NCBI GenBank assembly: GCA_951406725.2
Contig: OX597814.1
Location: 183,706,001 to 183,770,000 of the forward strand
Source: Octopus vulgaris
Lineage: Eukaryota
DNA length: 64,000 bases
Direction of reading: 5' to 3'
Made by a program: the position numbers and the translations under genes. Positions 13,651-27,200 of this stretch are shown one piece after another (within the stretch, counting starts at the first letter, position 1; each line of letters starts with the position of its first letter). Under the pieces are notes generated by a model that was not told the DNA's origin, did not search any database, and saw only the letters and a program-made list of their open reading frames with translations.

Positions 13651-16223
13651 CTTTAAAAGAACCTTGTCAATAGAAAACGGATAATATTATTAGCTCTGGA
13701 TTACACTAATATATAGAGACTGGAGGGGATAAAGATATGGGCAGGCTGTGACATGTGGTACTAAATTAATATAATAAAAAAAAGCCATGTCTTGTTCCTT
13801 TAATTTCTTTATATGAATAGTCTCTTTAATCCTCAAATGTCCAATATTAAGCTCTGCATTTTGGAATGTTTAGTACTGTGTTACGCTCGGCAAGGCAAAG
13901 GTAAATCAAGAGCAATGCATCTATAGATCACACTAAATCATTCTATGGAACTAGATCTGATCAATTAAGGCTGATACGTGGATGATACAAGAAGAAGAAC
14001 AACGAACAATTTATCGTATACTGTCACATCAGCCTCATATTATCAATGAATTTTGTAATATAGAATTAATCTTTTGCTGTATGAATTGTTTGAACATTGA
14101 AGGGAATTGTAATAGAGAATATCTGATTCTGATGGTGCTCTTTGTTTCTTTCCTCTCATGTACTTGGAGAGAAATTACCTTGTGATATTCCTCAAACAAT
14201 TAACGCTGTATTAAAACGTAGTAAAGTTGTAGGATGTTTCTGTCAGATGTGTTGGCGCCAATGCATTAGACCGTAAAACTTTGCATCCCAAAAGTCTATA
14301 TTAAAACATAACCAACAAAATATAAATAAAGAAGCAGTAAAAATCCCATCAAACTAAGAGTGAAAAGCATGATTTAAATAATAGCCTGTGGAATAAACAA
14401 TACAAATATAAAAAAAAACAAGCAACTAGCGACAACAAAGAACTAGTTTTGCCATTCATAAATTCTATACAAATTAAGGTTTAACTGAAAAACCGTTCTT
14501 GCCTTTTATCAAACCAAATTATTTCCTGGTTTAATGCTACTACATTTTTGTGTGTATGGAAAGTCATTTGAAAAATATATTGATATACAACATTGCTTCG
14601 TGTAATAGTTAATGGTTCGGCCCTTAACCCCATTTGATGAGAAGCATTTCTACATTAATTTATCTATTTATTTATTGGTGGAAGTCTTACTACCAGCAGC
14701 GTAGAAGAATAATTGCACATAATTGCAGTTACTTTCTTGTTTACATTGTCATCGAACCGTATCAGTATTTACTCAAGGGATTAGACAATTCTATTATATT
14801 CTAACGTCGGAAATAGAAATATAACCCTAAACGCTACATTAATTCGATAAAATTTAACCTGTCTGGTAATCGGACGGAAAATTGGACGGAATTAAATAGA
14901 CGTATGGAAATTACTCAACAATAATTCCAGCTAAAATATTTCGTTTTTTTTTCTTCTTGCAAGTGAAGAGAGATAGAAGAATTATTGGAGGGTATTATCA
15001 ATTGAAAATCAACAACTTTAAATTCGCCATTAATATTTCTGAAAGCATTGCCCTGTCTTATCTGTTGGAATAATCGGTGTCGTGTATCATTTTCCATGAT
15101 TGTTATTGGATAATTGCTGCAGACTATCTGACGACATAGAATATCGATATTTTTTTATATTTTCTTTTTTATCTTTTATCATTTAATTTCAAATCGTAAT
15201 AAAATCTCTCTCTTAGCACTGTCATCATCCTCATCCACTGTATTACTTCAATATTTTTGTCCTATTTATCTTATTTGAATTCATATATGCCTGTTTCTCC
15301 TTTATCACCATATTCTTGGTTGCTATCATCCCCACCACTATGGATTCCACACTCTTCCTCTTTCTCAATATTATCATAATTGAGGTTGTAGTCCTTGCTA
15401 TCTACTGATGTTGAATAGCTCCATTCAGCCCTTATCGAATATACTTAAAGCAGGTAGGAGGTCTGTAGAAATCATCGTTCAATCCCTAAATTTAGTTATC
15501 AAGATATACGATAACTCCTCCTATTTGAGAATCATATATCATACTCTAACACCCATTGTGTTTTTCTTGTATAGATGTAATGCGACAGTTTGAGCTTGCT
15601 ACGTTTCCTTAAGCTAAATAACCAACCACTACATGATTGCTTGAGATGCTAGAATTAACGTACAAATCTTCATTAGAAGCATATGAAGATATTCAATCTG
15701 AAATAAATTTCTGAAAATATAAAGAGATGCTCACATCTGTAAAGTCGAATTAACGATGCAATCATGTTCATGTTGTAAGCGTTGGGGCTGATGGTATTTT
15801 GGTATTTTATATAGTTTGCAGTGTTATTGATCACTGTCCATAGTATGAGTCGATAATAGTAACAAATTAAAAGACAGTGCCAATAATAGAAGCCTTTATT
15901 TTCCTATTATAGCTTTTGCATCTTGTTTGCTATCTTGGTATTGGAAATTGTAGTGATGGATGTATCAATATTTCATTAAATTTACTCAAAACTATATTAA
16001 AGCTACATTAAATATATTTGCACTTAAAATGGTAATTATTTGAAAAAAATGGTAAAAAATAGCACAAACACATACACGCATCCATCCCCATCTCTCATTC
16101 CCCCACACATACACATGTTTGTCAATACACATGTATATAAGTATATACATATTTATACTTTCTCACAAGGGAAAGATCGTTTTAGTTTGCTGTGCTCGCT
16201 CCCCGTAAACGTAATTGAGTTAA

Positions 16224-16385
16224 CCCCTTACCCAACAATTATTTTGAAAATAAATGTATTTTTTCAGACATATTTTTTAATTGTTTTATTTTACTATGAT
16301 TTTGGCGAGTCTATCTTTTGACGAGTTAACTCGCCAGAGATAGAAAAAAACGGTTTCGGTCAAAACGTTTCTGCCGGGTAAGGGG
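16224..16385. mobile_element. piggyBac-type MITE (162 bp)
   Basis: TTAA|ccccttaccc ... gggtaagggg|TTAA: perfect 10-bp TIR plus TTAA TSD; paralogous empty site near 16820. Confidence 0.85.
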
Positions 16386-17245
16386 TTAAGTGTCTTTTTG
16401 TGGCTTTCAGAGTTAATTCTTTTACTCTTAGTTTTAGCAATCTTTGGTGTTATTTTGCACCCTTTATTAATTGCTTTTTGGTTTTGATTTGCTTATCGCA
16501 CATACTATAATGTGTCTAATATATCTTAATATATTAATATATCATTGTAGGATCTTCTTATATTGATAATATACACTCTAACCGTTTGAATTTAGCGCTG
16601 CTTATCAACAGTTTCCTATTCTCATTTACTATTACGAAGCAAACTGTCTATCTAGCCCTGAGTAGTTTGTGGATGCTTCTGAAGAGAAACAAAACCTTAC
16701 TTGTTAAATTTCGACATCACGTGGTAAAGCATTATCCAGCTATTTCTTCTGTGAGTCCATCTCACAAGGGGAAAATCATTTTAGTTTGTTGTGCCCGCTC
16801 CCCGTATACGTAAACAAGGTTAGTGTGTTTTTGTGGCTCTCAGAGTTAATCTTTTTACTCTTAGTTTTCAGCAAACGCTGGTGCTATTTTACACCCTGTA
16901 TTTATTAAATCCTTTTTGGTTATACCTTCTGCGTTTTCTATATGCTGCCTTCTCAGCTTTTTCGTGTTTCTTCTTTTATTCATTTTTTTTTAAAAATCCG
17001 TTATGATAAGTGGTTTGTGCCTGGAGAATATGCTTCAGAAATTTCTCAACATATGAAACTATTAGTAACACTTAAATAATATACATATATATATAAATAT
17101 AAGAGAGTGACCACCATGTGGTCTACTCTAGCACTAAAAATAGATCCGCTAGGTTTCAGCCACAAAAGAAATTGTTTCCGTTGAAAGTTAGCACTACTAC
17201 CAGCGCAAATGAATAGGGCAAATAAACATAACAAAATGTAGATTA

Positions 17246-17323
17246 GTTCGGGACAATTGTTTCGCTATTAATAAATTATGTGGTTTTACTTACATAAATT
17301 TATCTGTAGCTCCTCAGCCGAAC
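17246..17323 (-). ncRNA. Type I hammerhead ribozyme (canonical core)
   Basis: Minus strand: GUUCGG CUGAGGA GCUA-(39 nt, AU-rich hairpin)-UAGC GAAA C AAUU G UC^ CCGAAC. Stem I has 6 perfect bp, stem II is GCUA/UAGC, and stem III is a short palindrome. Confidence 0.85.
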
Positions 17324-17609
17324 CCGTCCAGAATACAATTTACCCGATCGCACGCTAGACTTCACCATAATATATATATAAACATTATCATTTCTAAATG
17401 TGTCAAAGAGAGATATTCGGTAAGAATTCTTTAAAGTAAAGACTATTTGCCAACATAATGTGGCTGTCCTGGAAGGGACGATTGTTACTGATGTTTAGCC
17501 CCAGGAAACATCATTTCCAGCTGGCTATACAAGACAATATCTGTGTTCTTATATATCTTCGAATATGGAGTCCAGCACCCCCATCTAGCACAAAGCAACA
17601 CACACACAC

Positions 17610-17662
<53 letters not shown>

Positions 17663-17804
17663 CACATACACATATATGTAAAGGTAAGATCCAAGGAATA
17701 AGGTGTAGAAAGACAGTAAGCTTCGAGCAGTCCGTAAATATGAAGATCAACTTCCAGGAACAAACAATAGTGGTTTATTAACGTCGAAGGTTTTATCTTT
17801 ATCA

Positions 17805-17970
17805 TTTATCTTTTACATGTTTCAGTCACTTGACTGTGGCCATGCTTGAGCACCGCCTAGTACTTATTCTATCGGTCTCTTTTGCCGACCTTCTAAGTTA
17901 CGGGGACGTAAACATACTAGCATCGGTTGTCAAGCGATGTTGAGGGACAAACACAGACACACAAACATAT

Positions 17971-18014
<44 letters not shown>

Positions 18015-18158
18015 ATATATACGACGGATTACCTTCAGTTTCCGTCTACCAAATCCACTCACAAGCCTTTGGTCGGCCCAAGGTGCCACGCAGTGGGACC
18101 GAACCCGGAACCGTGTTGTCGGTAAGCAAGCTTCTTACCACACAGCCACCCCTGAGCC
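17805..18158 (-). mobile_element. SINE family A with internal deletions
   Basis: Matches family A with two gaps. Confidence 0.85.
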
Positions 18159-19885
18159 TATAATTGTTGTAAATTTTTCCTGTATCCGAAGTTCGGTAAG
18201 CTGAAAAAATTTCACGATAGAAAAGCGGGGTATTGGTGAGTGAGGGTAACACCAACAGTGAATTCTGTAACATATTGGGAATTCATCTGTGATGTCCATT
18301 CTTCTGTCTCTACTCTATCCATCTCTGTATGTATGTATGTATGTATGTCCATTCTTCTGTCTCTACTCTATCCATCTCTGTATGTATGTATGTATGTATG
18401 TATGTATGTATGTATGTATGTATGTATGTATGTTAATTCGACTTTACAGATGTGAGCATCTCTTTATATTTTCAGAAATTTATTTCAGATTGAATATTTT
18501 CGTATGCTTCTAATGAAGATTTGTACGTTAATTCTAGCATCTCAAGCAATCATGTAGTGGTTGGTTATTTAGCTTAAGGAAACGTATGTATGTATGTATG
18601 TATGTATGTATGTATGTATGTATGTATGTATGTATGTAGATAAAAACATTAATATTGTAATCAGTACATGTGTGAGAGTGTATAATTTCGAACGTCAGAA
18701 GAATTTGGGGTTCTCAAACGCTGAGACACTCTTTTTAGTAAGCGAAGGATAATCTACCTCAGAACAAAAAAATAATATTATTTAACGTTATAGCTACTCG
18801 GAGGCGCTTAAATATATTTGCACATGTAATTCACTTAAAAATTATTTCGCTATCAGTAACTTTAATCACCTAGCGGAAAGTAACGATAGGAAACTAATTA
18901 ATTTAAAATTTGGTGCTCCCGTGATTAACCGATTATATCACCTTCCCTATCACATTATCACGAAAACGATGTTATTGTAACATGATTTCTGTTGACACTC
19001 ACAGTAGAATTACCAGATATCTTGATAACAACTGACAGTTACGTTGATTCTGAAATAAGATCTTTAACCTGTAATAAAAGATAAATTGTTATAAATGATC
19101 ATGCTTTAGATAAATTTCCAGGAAGTATTTTCGTCGGTGTAAATTTATTGCTAACGTGTGGTAGGTAGCTTTGGAGTATTCATTCTTCATAAAATAAAAT
19201 TAGATGTCATCATGATGGCTTAAGTTCCGTACCTATCCATAGGACTTAGCGAGCTGCTGAGGTTATGCAAGCTAGTTTCAATTCCCAGTTGAAAGCATTT
19301 CCTTCCAATTAAGTTATTCCCATATGAAAGGTATGAATTCATATTTCAGATCAACATTTATTTAGCTTTGGTATTCTGGCCAATTAGGACGTAAATATTT
19401 ATTTTGTGTTATAGCTCTTCCAACCATTAATGAATACCAATAAAAAACGTAAAGTAAAAATCTATTGGACTGTATAGTCACAACGTACATCAGTATGAAA
19501 AAGCACAGGAACAAAACGGGCCCCTTGATCTGTTGCAACATGAAACAGTTTTAGGGTTTTGTTGTTTGAATTCATTAGCTTTTAATATAACAGCAGTTTT
19601 GCTCAGTTAAGTATCTTTCTCATTTAAATATCTGCAAATTTGAGAAAGCTTAAGAAAGTAAGTAAAAGAAGAGGGAAGATGATACAAAGAATAATAAACG
19701 AAAGAAAATTTAAACAAAAACAATATATCAGAAACAAAAAATATTAAAGGTAGGGTAACGAATAATAAAAAAAAGTTAACAAAATAACATTCTATGCTAC
19801 GGGTCACAGTGGATTCCTAATTGCCAAAAATGATACTTCTGTGGATGTACTTTGAAAACTGATAGTAAATGTGAAGGGTTTGTGC

Positions 19886-19954
<69 letters not shown>

Positions 19955-19970
19955 TATTATTATTATTATT
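19886..19970. repeat. (ATT)n microsatellite
   Basis: Direct reading. Confidence 0.95.
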
Positions 19971-20814
19971 GGCTTTTTATTACGAGAGAAAAATGGAAAA
20001 CAGAATTCTAGACCCTTTGGGATAAACAATGAAAAGACCGGAAACCGTTCACAAACTTGACATATGTTCCCTCCCAAAACGTAACTCATTTCGTAAACAC
20101 ACATGCATACAGTTATAAAAGTATGTGTGTATGTATGTATGTATGATTGTATGTATGTATGTTAGTGTATGTATATGTCTAACATGTATGTGCATTATAC
20201 AGATTACGTACAAATACATATGTATAGAGAGACTACGACTTGAGTTTGATGGGCATACACTCTTCTCTTGGTTAAAATATACGAACACTCCTACAATGAT
20301 GAATGTATATGTGTAAATTTGATGCCTATAGGTAAGTATGTTTATGTATATGTATTTATATGACCATAGATTCCTCTTTTAACTATCTGTTTCGACTGCT
20401 AATTAGCTACGTGCAACCCACACCGAAAACAGACGAGGGATACCAAGCGTAACCAAGTAATGGTCGGTGCTAAAGAAATAAAGGGTATTTCTGTCCCAGA
20501 GAATGGAATAAAAATCTTACTGTTGAATCGTTTTGCTTATACTAGATCAGAGTAACGTCGAAGAATGTTTATGGCTTATGCGTGAAACGTCATAGGAAAA
20601 GGTCCCCAGCACCTGCCAATTCTTTCTGTCTTTCTTCCTATCTATGCATGTGTGTATATATGCGTATGGATATAGGGATTTATGTGTATATGTAACATAT
20701 ATATATATATATGTGTGTATGTGTATGTATGTATATGTATATATATATTTCTGTTTATACATGTATACATACATGAATGCATACATACATACATGCATAC
20801 ATACATACATGCAT

Positions 20815-20893
<79 letters not shown>

Positions 20894-22299
20894 TGTGAGG
20901 TATGTGTGTATGTATGGGCAACCACATACGTGTAGCTATCTCGCTCTATATCCTGTTTCGTACTGTATGTTGTTCTAAGTTTTTCCCCAGATGTTAGTGT
21001 TCAAAAGATTGGACGTTAAGTTGCATGATATATACCACTTAATAATAGTTTGAGGGGATGGATAACTCTTTCTTTGAACATAGCTTTAAAATTTCAAACA
21101 GACGAAGTCAATAAGTGGTCATCGTACAAACAGCAGGCACATCATTTAATATCCTGTCACCACTGTACTACAATGGCTGCAACAAGGGCATAACCTGCCA
21201 TAACGTTGGACTATTAGTGACAAATATATGTTCCATACAAAGACAACGCACAACATTAAAATAAAGATGACACAAAAAAATAGAGTCGTTAATTTATATT
21301 ACCGATATTACAAAATTCTCCTTTTGATAAACCAGGATGTGTCCGGAAACCAGAATGTGACAAACCAGGATGTGTTAGCATGACACAACATGTTCTCAAA
21401 CATCATTATATTTCCAGAAAAAATTATAGATGTGGCTCGACCGGCGAGGCCCAGGTAATTTACTCAGAGGTAATGACACTGTATCTATAGGAACCTTATA
21501 GAATTAAAACACTATAATATAAGCGGTTAAACCAGTGCTTATCACCATTTTTAGCACATGTACCCCTTTGATTCCTATTTTACTCTGTTGAAGCCCATAA
21601 CCATACAGTCCCATTATAATTTTATAATTAAATATTAGGAATTATATTAAAAAATTGTTAAAATATTTGGTTTATTGTATAAGCGATTTATTGCATATAA
21701 ATTTTAACAGCAAAGTCTTATATGAACCCGAAAGGGTTTTCTTTTGGTCTGTGTCGTAACAGGTTGAGGGTTCTTGTGGGTGGGTTGTCGGTCTGTCGCA
21801 GAATACGCGGATGATGGGGCAGCCATCTTGACGAAGAGCCAACACGCCGTGGTTTACCGTTAGTCTGGAACCTCCCTGGGAGAGCATCCGGCCAAGGGTA
21901 GCCCAAAGTTCCAGGCAGAGACATTCACTCTGATCAACGGAACATACACGTCCGCAAGCCACACCAAGGCCAGATCCACTGCTCTGTACTGTTCATCCTC
22001 TCTTTAGTTCATGAACAGTGCATTTATCTAGATCAAGTACCATCTAAATGTCATGAGAGAAAATCCGTGCTGCCTGAATGAAGGAGTCCAGTTGATACCT
22101 GTTGGCTTCTCTAAAGCTTCATATCATCCGTGAACAGCCTGTGGTTAGTTGGTTTCATGAGCTTTTGCAGTTTGTAACCAGCTCTCATTTTTAAAACCAG
22201 GGTTAGTATTGAATACTAAGAATAAACAGTATGGATGATATAGAGACTCCTTAAACGGTTCCTCAGTTGATGTTTACCAATCGAATTTCCCTTTTACAT

Positions 22300-22830
22300 G
22301 CTGTCAAGACTGACTATCTTCCTGTTCCTCATACTGCTTCTGATTAAATATACTATATCTTTTATCTGTCTCGGCATTCTCCAGGCATTTTTGAATCGAC
22401 GAGAGCGGTATCATATCGCATGCCGTCTTATAGTCAATCCAAGCAACCGAAAAGCTTGTTAAATTTTTCCAGCATTTCCTCAAAATTGCTTTATATATCG
22501 GCAACTGATCCTTTGTTCCATGTGATCTCTTCCTGCTGCCCTTTTTGTCATCTGCAAGCAGTTCCTTTCTTTCAAGATGGCCATATAATTTTTATACATT
22601 CTTCCTGCGAGAAGCTTTCGCATCATAAGTAAGCAAGTAATCGGGCGGCAGCTACTGGCCTTGGCACCTTTCTAAGTCAACACGGTTCTTGCTTTGACCA
22701 TCCTCTTTTGTACAATTTCTTGGGGCGCGCAGCTCTCCAGAAACTCTTACAGCTCAGGAGGCAAATTCGTCAATTCCTTGAAACAAAACCCTGAAGCAGG
22801 TTCCCACAAGCTGCCTTCGAATTTCTCATC
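22300..22830 (-). mobile_element. Decayed R4/Dong-type reverse transcriptase fragment
   Basis: Minus-strand translation across frameshifts: VKARTVL..KG..ASSCRPITCLLMMRKLLAG..LYGHLERKELL..KKGSRKRSHGTKDQLPIYKAILRKCWKNLTSFSVAWIDYKTACDMIP. This matches the N-terminal RT motifs (NYRPITCL, QKGC..GTKDQL, AWIDYKKAYD). Confidence 0.8.
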
Positions 22831-23740
22831 TTAACAACTCCTGCTTGTAAATCTTGCAACTTGATGATAACGTTCTCTTATACGCCTGCGTCACTAAATT
22901 CTTCTTCCACAGCTTCAAGCCAAGATTTGTACTTGTATTTGACTTCCTTTGACAATATATTATTCTAAAATAAAGAGCTCGATTCTCTCTGTATAAATTG
23001 TTGGCCAGTGTACCAAAATTAGTAAGTGTGATTATTATTCGCAAAATGCGACACATTATGAAAATATCTGGTATTATTAAATAATATGCAATGCAAACAA
23101 GGTAAATAAAATAAAATCCTTCTGTCTTACTATACTAATAGTTTTCATAAGTTATATGCTTTTGGACGGTTCAAATACATTAGCTAAAAAATGACATAAC
23201 ATTCATATTTACAGCTGTGCAATGCGGTTTCCTTTACCATAAATGCATACAAAATTGCTGTTTTATATGTTCTTTATGAATAATATTATATCTAGCTCAT
23301 TTTGCTTGTATTTTGTTTTGTATGTTCATTTGTATATTTTGCTTTATTTTCGTTTTATTTTATTTTCTTCAGAACATTTACCGCTCCTCTGACTGCAATG
23401 GAGATAAATGACGTTTCTCTGCAATGGAAAATAATTGAAAATTGATGACACACTAGTTGTAACTATAATAGCTATGCAGGCAGCATGAAAGTACAAGCCT
23501 GAATCAAATATTTCATGTAAACATAAAGTAGTTATGATGATCAAGTCACCACCCAGCCTCATATTAGATGATTATCTGCTGCTAGTATAGAATTTAAACA
23601 AGAATAGCTCTGGAAAATTCCATTTTTTCTCCCATTCATTCTGATATCGTGTGTATCACACACGCGCACGCTGTACATATATACATATGCACATACTGTA
23701 CATATACACATAAACGGAAATATATAAATATTTATATAAA

Positions 23741-24122
23741 GGCGCAGGAGGGGCTGTGAGGTAAGTAGCTTGCTTACCAACCACATGGTTCTGGGTTCAG
23801 TCCCACTGCGTGGCGCCTTGGGCAAGTGTCTTCTACAATAGCCTCGGGCCGACCAAAGCCTTGTGAGTGGATTTGGTAGACGGAAAGGGAAAGAAGCCCG
23901 TCGTATATATGTATATGTATATATATGTGTGCGTGTATTTGTGTGTCTGTGTTTGTCCCCCCAACATCGCTTGTGTTTACGTGTCCGTGACTTAGCAGTT
24001 CGGCAAAAGAGACCGATAGAATAAGTACTAGGCTTCCAAAGAATAAGTCCTGGGGTAGATGTACTCGACTAAAGGCGGTGCTCCAGCATGGCCACAGTCA
24101 AATGACTAAAACAAGTAAAAGA

Positions 24123-24124
<2 letters not shown>
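23741..24124 (+). mobile_element. SINE family A
   Basis: Near-full-length copy. Confidence 0.9.
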
Positions 24125-24176
<52 letters not shown>

Positions 24177-24617
24177 ATACACACACATATATATATATAT
24201 ATATATACATGCACTCACACACATATACAAATGCACACACACATACACACACATATATGTATATATACATATATATAAAACCTTCATATATATCCATACA
24301 CACATGCCCAAACACGCATACGCACGGCCACACTGAAAAACGTATATATGTAGTTTTCCGTTTTTGTATTTCATACACATAAACTTACAAATATATCAAT
24401 CTACACGCATGTGTTTATATTTATGGGTATTTATTTTATAGCTAGTTTTAATCATGCTTTGTTATCCTATTAAATTCCATGTGTGTTTCTCTGAGTATGT
24501 GTGTATGTGTGTGTGTGTGTGTGTGCCTGCAGTTTATGTGTTATTTTATAAGTGAGAGTATATACATACATGGCAGGCTGTAATCGAGTTGTCTTCTTTG
24601 CCAGGATGATATTAACC

Positions 24618-24654
<37 letters not shown>

Positions 24655-25899
24655 GCACACTTGCGCGCGTGCATCTATCCTCAGTTTCACCTAATTTTAC
24701 TGTTTAAGCCATATCCATATCATTTTCTACCTTCCACATCACTATTCTAGTTTTGGTTCCTCTTCAATGAGTATTTCCGACTCCCACCCGAAGCTGAATC
24801 CACTTGTGGGCACGTTAAACTGTTTATTTTAGAATGAGTTCGGCGAATTTCATATCTGGATAAGACATACGTTTCTAGTCTCTCAGGAAAGCAGTTCCTA
24901 TTCTGCCAGTTTCAAATTAGGTTCTCGTTCAGACAAAAATCATTTCTGTAGGAAAATACCCGTTCGACATTCAAATGAATGAATTACAACTACATTTGAA
25001 TCGTATCAATTATAATTTGTCAATTATTATTTAGTCTTTTATTCTTACTTATTTTTAGAAGTTTGACTCAGACCATGCTGGAACACCACCTTAAAAGGTT
25101 TTAGTCAAAGAAATCGAGCCCAGTACTTATTTGTTAGTCTACAACTTACTTTATCAGTGACTTTTGCCGAATCGCTAAGTTACAGGGGCATAATCACACT
25201 AGCATCAGTTGTCAAGCGATGACCTAGGGACAAACAGAAACACACATAAATATTAACAGTATATATATATATATTTAAAAGGATGAACAATTGGATATTA
25301 ATTAGATTAACATCAATTTAAAACCAGTGGTCTAGCATATCAAAATCTGAAGATTCAGTAAATTGTATTACATACATATGAGAGGGATGACCACTATGTG
25401 GACAACACTTGCTATATATATATATTGCAGTGTGAAACTTGAAGTCGATAGGCAAGAGAGTGAACTATCAAATGAGTTAGAGAAATAATTTATGGGTTAT
25501 CTCTTTATGTAGGGGTACCAAGGTGTATAAATAGTACCAGGATAACACTAGTGCTCAGGAACGTGCACTCAGGAACGTGTAGACATTTACTTGTTCGTCT
25601 AGTATTACCATCACTTGGAAGTATGCTGGCTATTTAAGATGTCAGACTTAGCATCATATTTCGAAGGTAATTTCCACTAGTATTCACCTCCCTATCAGTA
25701 GTCTCCCCTTAACTGTAAAAAAGTTGATAGCCGTATTGGTTGGTAATACTACCTTATTTTTAATGTTATTTTACGTTATGTTGAGAAGGGCATAAGCGGC
25801 CTCATTCTACTTATGATATAGTCTTCTCCACACCTTTTTATTTACGTCTACCCCTGTAACTATTTTAACTTGCCCTTGGTTTATATATAACTGACTAAA

Positions 25900-26160
25900 T
25901 GTAGAGATGACTGGACTTCCATTACGGACAACAGGTATTTGGTCTCTAGAATATTTCAGTAAGTACATCATTATAAAAATTATTTCGTTGGTTGCTTTTC
26001 GAGTCTTCTTATCCGTTTTCCAAATTTAATCTCAAGAACACTAGCCCCCATTCTGGTGCAATTTACATTATTTTTCACGTGGACGTATCTCACACTACTT
26101 AGAAAGTATTATCTCGGTATATCTTTCTTTAATGTCTCAGCATTTGAATAATTTTTTTAT
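25900..26160 (-). mobile_element. Possible highly decayed Penelope GIY-YIG C-terminal remnant
   Basis: Minus-strand fragments resembling TLSK.VW....NVN and EII.FYN...LL..RDQI; weak and frameshifted. Confidence 0.3.
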
Positions 26161-26349
26161 TTCTCCGGTAGTGGATAGTTAATATTTAAAAGAAATGCTT
26201 ATGTAGGAATAGACTAAGTGAAGAGTGAAAGAAAAAATGACTGGATTACCGCGCATGTGCAAACGCATGTGAGTGTGAGGAAGAGGTTTTTACAGTTTTG
26301 TAAAAAACAGGCGGCCTGAGCGTATTTGTGACATAGTATATTCTGAATT

Positions 26350-26600
26350 GTGGAAGCGTGTGGCTTAGTGGTTAGGGTATTGAACTCATGATCGTAAGGT
26401 TGTGGTTTCGGTTACTGGACCAGGCGATGCGTTGTGTTCTTGAGCAAAACACTTCATTTCACGTTGCTCCAGTCCACTCAGCTGGCAAAAATGAGTAATC
26501 CTGCTACGGACTGGCGTCCCGTCCAGGTGGGGAATTTCTACGTCACTGAAACCGGGAAACCGGCTCTTATGAGCCTGGCATAGCTCGAGAAAGAAATTAT
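26350..26600 (+). mobile_element. SINE family C with TSD
   Basis: Flanked by the direct repeat tatattctgaatt(g) at both ends. Confidence 0.9.
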
Positions 26601-26867
26601 TATATTCTGAATTGAGAGGTTGAATGAAGAAATATTACTTCAGTCGAATATTACCGAATTGGATATGCACTAACATGATTTCAAAAATTCTCTACGGCAA
26701 GAAACAACTAGGTTGCAATGTAAAATATAGCAGGAGTAATTTGTTTCCTTTTGAAAGTTCACAACTTTTAATAAAGAAGAATAAGAAAAGAGAGTTTAGA
26801 TAGGTTGTGAGAGACATCCTTTCATATTCGTCAATGTTGGTCAATTTATTTGTATTTGGTCTAAGTA

Positions 26868-27200
26868 GTGAAGGCGCATGGCTTAGTGGTTAGGGCATTC
26901 GGCTGACGATTGTAAGGTCCTGAGTTCGATTCCCGGCGATGCGTTGTGTCCTTGAGCAAGACACTTTATTTCACGTTGCTCCAGTCCACTCAGCTGGCAA
27001 AAATGAGTTGTACCTGTATTTCAAGGGGCCGGCCTTGTCACACTCTGTGTCACGCTGAATCTCCCTGAGAACTACGTTAAGGGTACTCGTGTCTGTGGAT
27101 TGCTCAGTCACTTGCATGTTAATTCCACGAGCAAGCTGTTCCGTTGATCGTATCAGCTGGGACCCTCGTCGTCGAAACCGACGGAGTGCTCCTACCTTAC
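26868..27200 (+). mobile_element. SINE, family C-type head with long (cgtcgtcg..accgacggagtgc) tail, TSD
   Basis: TSD tatttggtctaa (26853-26864 / 27206-27217); tail shared with the 59768 copy. Confidence 0.9.

Noticed and set aside
14915-15400. Acidic coding-like minus-strand stretch
   Set aside because: Stops in frame, no recognisable motif or splice structure.
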